Made by a program: the position numbers and the translations under genes | Shown here: piece by piece, positions 17,274-24,000 of the stretch | How the letters are laid out: every line of letters begins with the position of its first letter | Position numbering within the stretch: position 1 is the first letter of the stretch | The notes under the pieces: model-generated | Database searches by the model: none | What the model was told of the DNA's origin: nothing | Seen by the model: only the letters and a program-made list of their open reading frames with translations | Assembly: GCF_013409065.1 (NCBI RefSeq) | Contig: NZ_JACBZP010000001.1 | Span: forward strand, 2,776,518 to 2,800,517 | Direction: 5' to 3' | DNA: 24,000 nt | Source: Spelaeicoccus albus | GTDB lineage: Bacteria > Actinomycetota > Actinomycetes > Actinomycetales > Brevibacteriaceae

Positions 17274-17312
17274 GAATCCGACGAAATCCGATGAAATCCG
17301 ATGAATTCCGAG
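17273..17312. repeat. Four tandem ~10-bp units (GAAATCCGAT) in the SDR to enoyl-CoA hydratase spacer
   Basis: The sequence reads AGAATCCGAC GAAATCCGAT GAAATCCGAT GAATTCCGAG, starting right after the SDR stop codon. Confidence 0.8.
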
Positions 17313-17352
17313 GACGCGAACCGACGGACGAGGAGACGAGGGGACGACAACC

Positions 17353-18162
17353 ATGCACGACTCCGACTACGAGTACGTGACCTTTGCGCGCCGGGCCAAC
17401 GGCGTGCTGGTGATGACGCTTGACCGCCCGGACAAATACAACGCCGCCAACGAACAGATGCACGGCGAGTTGGCCAGGGTCTGGAAGGATGTTTCGGCCG
17501 ACGACGAGGTGCGCGTCGTCGTCGTGACGGGCGCCGGCCGTGCCTTTTCGGCCGGCGGCGACCTGGAAATGGTGCAGCGGATGGCCGGCGATCACGACCG
17601 CGTCTCGCACATGCTCATTGAAATGAGCGATCTCGTCGAGAACTTGCTGGATTGCTCGAAGCCCGTCGTGTCGGCCATCAACGGCGTCGCGGTCGGCGCC
17701 GGGCTGGTCATTGCGCTGCTGGCCGATATTTCGATATGCGCGGCCGATGCCAAACTCGGCGACGGGCACATCAAACTCGGCGTCGCGGCCGGCGATCACG
17801 CGGCCTTGATGTGGCCGCTGCTCATCGGACTGGCCAAGGCCCGGTACTACCTGCTGACGGGCGAGATGTTGACCGGAGCCGAGGCCGAGCGGCTCGGCAT
17901 GGTGTCGAAAAGCGTCGAGCCCGGCGACGTCATGCCCGAGGCCTTGCGCATTGCGGACGGTTTGGCCGCCGGACCCCAGCAAGCCATCCGACTGACTCGG
18001 CGGGCTTTGAACAACTGGGCCGCCGGATCGCGGGCGATTTTCGATCAGTCCGCGGCTTACGAGATGCTCACCTTCATGGGGCCGGACGTCGTCGAGGGCG
18101 CCGCCGCATTGCGCGAAAAGCGCGCTCCCGCTTTCCCGTCCGCCGCCCGCCGGGGCGATTGA
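17353..18162 (+). CDS. Enoyl-CoA hydratase/isomerase (crotonase) family protein
   Basis: The 269-aa ORF shows the crotonase signature VVVTGAGRAFSAGGDL...KPVVSAINGVAVGAGLVIALLADI. A GAGGAG/GAGGGGA Shine-Dalgarno region lies upstream. Confidence 0.88.
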   Translation: MHDSDYEYVTFARRANGVLVMTLDRPDKYNAANEQMHGELARVWKDVSADDEVRVVVVTGAGRAFSAGGDLEMVQRMAGDHDRVSHMLIEMSDLVENLLDCSKPVVSAINGVAVGAGLVIALLADISICAADAKLGDGHIKLGVAAGDHAALMWPLLIGLAKARYYLLTGEMLTGAEAERLGMVSKSVEPGDVMPEALRIADGLAAGPQQAIRLTRRALNNWAAGSRAIFDQSAAYEMLTFMGPDVVEGAAALREKRAPAFPSAARRGD

Positions 18163-18348
18163 GCCGCCGCGCGCTGCCCCCGTCGAGCCACGAAATTTGC
18201 TTATTTGTGCATATGTCAGAACAAACTATTGACAGGGTCACGGCGATCCGGCAAAGTTATCCATGTCACGCCGGTGACGAATGCCGGCGAACGGCAAGTT
18301 CGACCGGCAAGATCACTAGGGCAAGTGTGATAGGGAAAGCGGGGACGG

Positions 18349-19320
18349 ATGGCGCACGACGTGCTGACGATGGGCCGAATCAGTGTTGATATTTATCCGC
18401 ACGATATCGGCGTCGATCTCGAAGACGTGACGACGTTCGGCAAATATCTGGGCGGATCCGCATCCAACGTCGCAGTGGCGGCGGCAAAGCACGGGCTGAA
18501 GTCCGGGGTGATCACCCGCACCGGGAACGACCCGTTCGGAACCTATCTGCACCGTGAACTTCGCCGTTACGGCGTCGACGACTCCCAGGTCAGCGCCGTC
18601 GACGAGTGGCCGACACCCGTGACCTTCTGCGCCATCAAACCACCGGAGGACTTTCCGCTGTACTTCTACCGGACGCCGACCGCCCCGGATCTGCAAATCA
18701 AACGGGCCGAACTCGACACGGACGCCGTCCGGAGCGCCGGGATCTTCTGGATGACGGTAACCGGGCTTTGCCAAGAGCCCAGCCGCGACGCGCACGCCGC
18801 CGCCCTCGAAGCGCGGCCGCGAGAGGGCCTGCGCCCCGGCCAGTTCACGGTACTCGATCTCGACTATCGTCCCATGTTCTGGCCCGGCCCGGACGAAGCC
18901 CGCACCGAGATCGCCCGCGTGCTTCCGGACGTCACCGTCGCGATCGGCAACCGCGAAGAATGCGGCGTGGCGGTCGGCGAAGGCACCCCCGACGAGCTCG
19001 CCGACCGGCTGCTGGAATCCGGCGTCGACATCGCAGTCGTCAAACTCGGGTCGGACGGCGTCATGGCGGCTTCACGGTCCGACCGGGTCATTTCCGCGCC
19101 CATCCCCGTCGACCCGGTCAACGGCCTGGGCGCCGGGGACGCCTTTGGCGGCGCGTTCTGCCGGGCATTGACCAGCGGCTGGGAACTTCGGGCGTGCCTG
19201 GACTTCGCCAACGCCGCCGGCGCAATCGTGGCCGGCGAGCTGTCTTGCTCGGAGGCCATGCCTGATACGGACGCCGTGCTTGCCCTTTTGGCAGCTCGCG
19301 GACGGGCGGTGCCGGCGTGA
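18349..19320 (+). CDS. iolC: 5-dehydro-2-deoxygluconokinase (PfkB family)
   Basis: PfkB ribokinase-like motifs are present (GGSASNVAVAAAKHG; C-terminal NGLGAGDAFGGAF). It is the first gene of an iol cluster, and its stop overlaps the next start (GTGA). Confidence 0.85.
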   Translation: MAHDVLTMGRISVDIYPHDIGVDLEDVTTFGKYLGGSASNVAVAAAKHGLKSGVITRTGNDPFGTYLHRELRRYGVDDSQVSAVDEWPTPVTFCAIKPPEDFPLYFYRTPTAPDLQIKRAELDTDAVRSAGIFWMTVTGLCQEPSRDAHAAALEARPREGLRPGQFTVLDLDYRPMFWPGPDEARTEIARVLPDVTVAIGNREECGVAVGEGTPDELADRLLESGVDIAVVKLGSDGVMAASRSDRVISAPIPVDPVNGLGAGDAFGGAFCRALTSGWELRACLDFANAAGAIVAGELSCSEAMPDTDAVLALLAARGRAVPA

Positions 19321-20273
19321 ACGGCCACGACGCGGGCAGCGGCGACACCCGCTACGAGCACCTGACCCGGATCCGGGTGGAAGATCCGGGCGCCATCGCC
19401 CGGGCGGCCACGTCCAGGCGGCGGCACCCGGGACTGCGGTACGGCCCGCAAACGTTCATCATTGCAGCCGATCATCCCGCTCGCGGCGCGCTGTCGGTCG
19501 GCGACGACGCGGCCGCGATGGCCGACCGGCGAGACCTGCTCGACCGGTTACGGACCGCCTTGGCGACGCCGGGCTGTGACGGCGTTTTGGCCACGCCGGA
19601 CATCATCGACGATCTGCTGCTGCTCGGCGCCCTGGACGACAAACTCGTGTTCGGGTCGATGAACCGCGCCGGGCTTGCCGGATCGTCCTTTGAATACGAC
19701 GACCGCTTCACCGGTTACACGGCCGAAGCATTGGACGCCATCGGCGCCGACGGGGGCAAGATGCTCACCCGGATCGCCTTGGCGGATCCCGCCACTCCAA
19801 CGGTGCTCGAGAACACGGCCCGCGCCGTCGATGCGCTGGCCGACCGCGGACTCGTGGCAATGATCGAGCCGTTCCTTTCGGAATGGCGGAACGGCCGAGC
19901 CCACAACGACCTCAGCACGGACGCCGTCGTCAAATCGGTGGCGATCGCGTCGGCCCTCGGCGCGTCGAGCGCAGGCACGTGGATGAAGGTGCCCGTCGTC
20001 GACCGGATGGACCGCGTCATGGCGGCCACGACACTGCCGACAGTGCTACTGGGCGGCGACACCGGCTCCGATCCGGATGTCGTGTTCGCCCGGTGGGAAA
20101 ACGCCTTGCGCCAACCCGGCGTCGTCGGCCTGACAGTGGGGCGCACCTTGCTCTACCCGCCGGACGGTGACGTGGCCGGCGCAGTGAAAACCGCAGTGTC
20201 GCTGCTGGCCGGCCCGGCGTCCGGCAATTCCGCACCCCCTCCATCCACAACGGCCGATAGGAGCCGCTCATGA
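19317..20273 (+). CDS. Cgl0159-type (beta/alpha)8 protein; putative 5-dehydro-2-deoxyphosphogluconate aldolase (IolJ-like)
   Basis: The 318-aa ORF is translationally coupled on both sides (GTGA at 19317, ATGA at 20270). It holds the position that the aldolase occupies after iolC in the Corynebacterium glutamicum iol cluster. The function is inferred from context. Confidence 0.65.
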   Translation: MNGHDAGSGDTRYEHLTRIRVEDPGAIARAATSRRRHPGLRYGPQTFIIAADHPARGALSVGDDAAAMADRRDLLDRLRTALATPGCDGVLATPDIIDDLLLLGALDDKLVFGSMNRAGLAGSSFEYDDRFTGYTAEALDAIGADGGKMLTRIALADPATPTVLENTARAVDALADRGLVAMIEPFLSEWRNGRAHNDLSTDAVVKSVAIASALGASSAGTWMKVPVVDRMDRVMAATTLPTVLLGGDTGSDPDVVFARWENALRQPGVVGLTVGRTLLYPPDGDVAGAVKTAVSLLAGPASGNSAPPPSTTADRSRS

Positions 20274-22198
20274 CGCAGATGACAGTCGCGCAGGCAGTCG
20301 TGGAGTTTCTCGGCAGGCAGTACACCGTCGACCGCATTGGCTCCGAGACGTACCGCGAGCGAACCATTCCGGGAATGCTCGGCATCTTCGGGCACGGTAA
20401 CGTGGCGGGAGTCGGCCAGGCGTTGAAGCAATGGCAGCAAAAGGACCCCACGCTGATGCCCTACTACCAGGGCCGCAACGAACAGGGACTTGCCGATCAG
20501 GGAGTCGGCTATGCCCGCCACACCAGGCGCCGCGGCACGTTCGCCGTGACGACGTCGATCGGCCCCGGGTCGTCGAACCTCCTCACCGGTGCGGCCCTGG
20601 CCACGGCCAACCGACTGCCGGTGTTGTTGCTGCCGTCCGACACGTTCGCCACGCGCCGGCCCGACCCCGTGCTGCAGCAAATCGAACGCCCCGAAGCGTA
20701 TGACGTGAGCGTCAATGACGCGTTCCGGCCGCTGTCCAAATCGTTCGACAGGGTCAGCCGCCCCGAACAGGTGTTCTCGGCACTGCTGAACGCCATGCGC
20801 GTGTTGACGGACCCGGCCGAAACCGGCGCCTGCACTATTGCGCTGCCGCAGGACGTGCAGGCCGAAGCAATCGATGTCCCGGACGAATTCCTCGCCGAAC
20901 GCAACTGGCGGATCCGTCGGCCCGCCCCGGAAATCGACGACATTCGCGAAGCCGCCCGTGCGATCGAAGACGCCGAGCGGCCGCTCATCGTGGCGGGTGG
21001 GGGAGTGCTGTACTCGTTCGCCACCGACGCGCTGCAGGATTTCGTCGAAGCCACCGGCATCCCCGTCGGCTGCACGCAAGCAGGAATGGGGTCGTTGGCC
21101 TGGGACCATCCGCAAAACCTCGGCGCCATCGGGTCGACCGGCACGGTGGCCGCTAACCGACTCGCCCGCGATGCCGACCTGGTGATCGGCATCGGCACTC
21201 GTTACGAGGACTTCACCACTGCCTCGCGCACCGCCTTCGCGAACCCGGCCGTGCGCTTCATCAACATCAACGTCGCTGCCATCGACGCGTACAAGAACGC
21301 CACCTCCTTGCCGATCGTCGCCGACGCGCGCAAGGCGCTCATCGAGCTGACCTCGGCGCTGCAAGGGTTCCGCGTGTCGGATGATTTGACGTCGACCGTG
21401 GCGGCCGAGAAGAAGGAGTGGGACGCCGTCGTCGACGACGCGTACCACACGCGCCACGCGCCGCTGCCGGCCCAGTCCGAGATCATCGGCGCCGTGAACG
21501 AGGCATCGGATGCGCGCGACGTCGTGATCTGCGCGGCAGGATCCCTGCCGGGCGACCTGCACAAGCTCTGGCGTGTGCGAGACCCCTACGGCTACCACGT
21601 GGAATACGCGTTCTCGTGCATGGGATACGAGATCGCCGGTGGAATCGGCGTCAAACGCGCGGCGCCGGACCGCGACGTCATCGTCATGGTGGGCGACGGG
21701 TCGTATCTGATGATGCACACCGAACTCGTCACGGCAGTCGCCGAACGGATCGACGTGATAGTCGTCTTGATCCAAAATCACGGCTATGCGTCGATCGGCG
21801 CCCTGTCGGAGTCGTTGGGCTCGCAGCGGTTCGGCACCAAATACCGGTACCTCGACGAAGAGTCGCACAGCTTCGACGACGGCCACACGCTGCCGATCGA
21901 TTTGGCGACCAACGCCGAGAGTCTCGGCGCGCACGTGATCCGCATCGGCCCGGGCGAATCGAGCATCGACGAATTGGCCGACGCCGTCCGGCGCACCAAG
22001 GCCGAGTTCTCCGGCGGCACGCGCTCGGGCCCCGTGCTGATCCATGTGAACAGCGACCCGCTGATTGCCGCACCGGACTCCGAGAGTTGGTGGGACGTGC
22101 CGGTGTCGGCCGTGTCCGAGCTGGATTCCACGCTCGAGGCGTATTCCGAATACACGGCCCGCAAAGACACGCAAGCTCGCTACCTCGGCGATCGCTGA
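20270..22198 (+). CDS. iolD: 3D-(3,5/4)-trihydroxycyclohexane-1,2-dione acylhydrolase (TPP-dependent, decyclizing)
   Basis: The 642-aa ORF has a TPP-enzyme architecture with GIFGHGNV and GDGSYLMMHTEL (TPP-binding GDG-X-N region) and matches IolD in length. It sits in iol gene context. Confidence 0.88.
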   Translation: MTQMTVAQAVVEFLGRQYTVDRIGSETYRERTIPGMLGIFGHGNVAGVGQALKQWQQKDPTLMPYYQGRNEQGLADQGVGYARHTRRRGTFAVTTSIGPGSSNLLTGAALATANRLPVLLLPSDTFATRRPDPVLQQIERPEAYDVSVNDAFRPLSKSFDRVSRPEQVFSALLNAMRVLTDPAETGACTIALPQDVQAEAIDVPDEFLAERNWRIRRPAPEIDDIREAARAIEDAERPLIVAGGGVLYSFATDALQDFVEATGIPVGCTQAGMGSLAWDHPQNLGAIGSTGTVAANRLARDADLVIGIGTRYEDFTTASRTAFANPAVRFININVAAIDAYKNATSLPIVADARKALIELTSALQGFRVSDDLTSTVAAEKKEWDAVVDDAYHTRHAPLPAQSEIIGAVNEASDARDVVICAAGSLPGDLHKLWRVRDPYGYHVEYAFSCMGYEIAGGIGVKRAAPDRDVIVMVGDGSYLMMHTELVTAVAERIDVIVVLIQNHGYASIGALSESLGSQRFGTKYRYLDEESHSFDDGHTLPIDLATNAESLGAHVIRIGPGESSIDELADAVRRTKAEFSGGTRSGPVLIHVNSDPLIAAPDSESWWDVPVSAVSELDSTLEAYSEYTARKDTQARYLGDR

Positions 22199-22257
22199 CC
22201 GGAGCGCATCCAATGACGGCAGGAGCACGGAACGATGAGCCCACGACAAGGAGCCCG

Positions 22258-23163
22258 ATGAGCACTGTGACGATCGGTACCGCACCTGATTCCTGGGGAG
22301 TCTGGTTTGCCGACGACCCCGAGCAGACCCCGTGGCAACGCTTCCTCGACGAAGCCGCCGACGCCGGATACCGGTGGATCGAACTCGGCCCCTACGGATA
22401 CCTGCCGACCGACCCGGAAGTTCTGCGCGCCGAACTGGAGCGGCGCGACCTCCAGGTCGCGGCCGGAACAGTCTTCACGGCGTTCCACCGAGGCGCCGAC
22501 CAGTGGCACGAGGCATGGGAGCCTGCCAGGAAAGTCGCCGAGCTGACTGCCGCGGTGGGCGGCAAGCATATCGTCGTCATTCCGGCGATGTGGCGCGACG
22601 ACGTGACGGGGCAGCCGGTGGAAAGCGGCGAGCTGACGGCAGGGCAGTGGGACGATCTGTGCGCGGGTCACGACAAGCTCGGCCGCATCCTCGCCGACGA
22701 CTACGGACTCGCGCAGCAATTCCATCCGCACGCCGACAGCCACGTGGGCGCGCAGCCGGACATCGAACGGATTTTGCAGGCGACCGATCCGGCATTCTTC
22801 AATTTGTGTCTCGACACCGGGCACGCCGAATACTGCGGCGCCTCCAGCCTGGACCTGATCCGTCAGTATCCCGACCGCATCGGTTACCTGCACTTGAAGC
22901 AGATCGACCCGGCCGTTCTTGCCCACGTGCGCGAAAACGACCTCACCTGGGCGGCGGCCAACAAGGCCGGAGTGATGGTCGAACCACCCGCGGGTCTTCC
23001 CGATCTGCGCAGCGTGATCGACGCGGTCGAAGCTCTGGACAAGGACATCTTCGGCGTCGTGGAACAAGACATGTACCCGGTCCCGTTCGACGTGCCGTTG
23101 CCGATCGCTCGGCGCACGAAGGACTATCTGCTGTCCTGCGGATCTCGGACGACGATCAACTAA
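22258..23163 (+). CDS. iolE: Xylose-isomerase-like TIM-barrel protein, probable inosose dehydratase
   Basis: The sequence MSTVTIGTAPDSWGVWF...GYRWIELGPYGYLP...HPHADSHV...LHLKQ is typical of sugar phosphate isomerase/epimerase (AP endonuclease 2) TIM barrels. An AAGGAG Shine-Dalgarno lies 4 nt upstream of ATG 22258. The tracked 581-aa ORF is an over-extension across iolD. I cannot separate IolE from IolH by eye. Confidence 0.7.
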   Translation: MSTVTIGTAPDSWGVWFADDPEQTPWQRFLDEAADAGYRWIELGPYGYLPTDPEVLRAELERRDLQVAAGTVFTAFHRGADQWHEAWEPARKVAELTAAVGGKHIVVIPAMWRDDVTGQPVESGELTAGQWDDLCAGHDKLGRILADDYGLAQQFHPHADSHVGAQPDIERILQATDPAFFNLCLDTGHAEYCGASSLDLIRQYPDRIGYLHLKQIDPAVLAHVRENDLTWAAANKAGVMVEPPAGLPDLRSVIDAVEALDKDIFGVVEQDMYPVPFDVPLPIARRTKDYLLSCGSRTTIN

Positions 23164-23189
23164 CGCCACTCACGCTCAGGGAGAGAACT

Positions 23190-24000
23190 ATGGACGCATC
23201 GAAAACCTCCGACCGGCTGAACGTCGCGGTGATTGGCGCCGGACGCATGGGCGCCGACCACATTCGCCGTCTGGACACGCGTATTTCCGGAGCGCGCGTA
23301 GCGGCTGTCGTCGACGTCGACGAGGCCCGGGCGACGGACGCCGTGCGCGACGTGCCCGGCGCCGTCGCCCTGACGGATCCGACTGAAGCGTTGGCGCGGG
23401 CCGACGTGGATGCCGTCCTCGTGGCAACCCCCGGATTCCTGCACGAGGACATCCTGTTGGCCGCGCTGGAAAAAGATATGCCGATCCTGTGCGAAAAGCC
23501 GCTCACGCAAGAGCCCGACAGTTCGTGGCGGATCGTCGAAGCCGAAGAGAGGCTGGGCCGTCAGCGAATCCAGGTCGGCTTCATGCGCCGCTTCGACTCC
23601 GAATACGCAGCGCTCGGCGGCATATTTGCCGGCGGCGAGCTCGGCGCGCCGCTGATGCTGCACTGCGCGCACCGCAATCCGTCCACGCCGCCCGGGTTCA
23701 CCAACGAGATGCTCATCACCGACTCGGTGGTGCACGAATTCGACGTGATCCGCTATTTGACCGGCGAAGAGATCGCTTCGGTCCAGATCCGGCGAGGCCG
23801 CCGGAACTCGTTCGCCCCCGACGAGCAGCACGACCCGCAACACGTGCTGATCGAGACCACCGGCGGGCTCTTGGCCGACGTCGAGATCTTCGTCAATGCC
23901 GAATTCGGCTACCAGGTCACGACGCAGGCCGTGTTCGAACGCGGAATCGTCAACATCGGGCGGGACCGCGGACCGGAGGTAGCGGCGTCCGGTCGTTGGG
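23190..24000 (+). CDS. iolG: myo-inositol 2-dehydrogenase (Gfo/Idh/MocA family); 3' end beyond the window
   Basis: This gene is not in the ORF track because it has no stop in the window. My translation is MDASKTSDRLNVAVIGAGRMGADHIRRL...LCEKPLT...QVGFMRRFDSEY...DSVVHEFDVIRYL... It shows the Rossmann GxGxxG, EKPL and GFMRRFD motifs characteristic of IolG. A GGGAGAG Shine-Dalgarno lies upstream. Confidence 0.85.
   Translation, partial: MDASKTSDRLNVAVIGAGRMGADHIRRLDTRISGARVAAVVDVDEARATDAVRDVPGAVALTDPTEALARADVDAVLVATPGFLHEDILLAALEKDMPILCEKPLTQEPDSSWRIVEAEERLGRQRIQVGFMRRFDSEYAALGGIFAGGELGAPLMLHCAHRNPSTPPGFTNEMLITDSVVHEFDVIRYLTGEEIASVQIRRGRRNSFAPDEQHDPQHVLIETTGGLLADVEIFVNAEFGYQVTTQAVFERGIVNIGRDRGPEVAASGRW

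Noticed and set aside
21418-22257. The N-terminal 280 aa of the tracked 581-aa ORF that ends as the iolE-like gene
   Set aside because: It overlaps iolD out of frame with Arg/Gly/Pro-rich sequence. The TIM-barrel homology starts at MSTVTIGTAPDSWG, which is preceded by AAGGAG.
20153-22285. A 710-aa minus-strand ORF, the longest in the track, which could be mistaken for a large novel protein
   Set aside because: It is fully antisense to iolD, whose TPP-enzyme motifs are unambiguous. Its translation is Arg/Gly/Ala/Val/Asp-rich low-complexity sequence with no recognisable domain. This is the classic shadow ORF of GC-rich DNA, where stop codons are rare in antisense frames.

Overview
This is a high-GC (roughly 65-68%) Actinomycetota chromosomal segment made up almost entirely of core metabolic genes. 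I recognise no transposase, integrase, phage gene, CRISPR array or known defence system. Gene order is as follows. On the minus strand: acp (partial), fabH, fabD, a PucR-type FAS regulator (FasR/MabR-like) and aceE. On the plus strand: a DUF3052 gene, ahpE and a secreted Rpf-LysM resuscitation-promoting factor. On the minus strand: ribH, ribBA, ribE and ribD preceded by an FMN riboswitch; then an APC amino-acid permease, an untracked 54-aa ORF, an ArsR-type regulator and tRNA-Val(TAC). On the plus strand: acyl-CoA dehydrogenase, SDR and enoyl-CoA hydratase, followed by the myo-inositol catabolic genes iolC, an iolJ-like aldolase, iolD, an iolE-like gene and iolG (partial). Many long ORFs in the supplied track are antisense or out-of-frame shadows typical of GC-rich DNA, and I rejected them. 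Several tracked ORFs are also over-extended at the 5' end (the regulator, aceE, ribBA, ACAD, ahpE and iolE). The less ordinary observations are: (1) a four-copy nested inverted-repeat array with 31-bp perfect hairpin arms between aceE and the FAS regulator; (2) a palindromic element with two copies in the window, each sitting at a gene 3' end; (3) a likely leaderless ArsR / 54-aa protein / permease operon with tandem palindromic operator-like boxes; (4) a 400-bp AT-rich and structured leader upstream of rpf; (5) an acyl-CoA dehydrogenase with Asp where the canonical catalytic Glu sits, grouped with a possibly BadH-like SDR and a crotonase next to the iol genes. None of these is proven to be a new system, and I say so where relevant.
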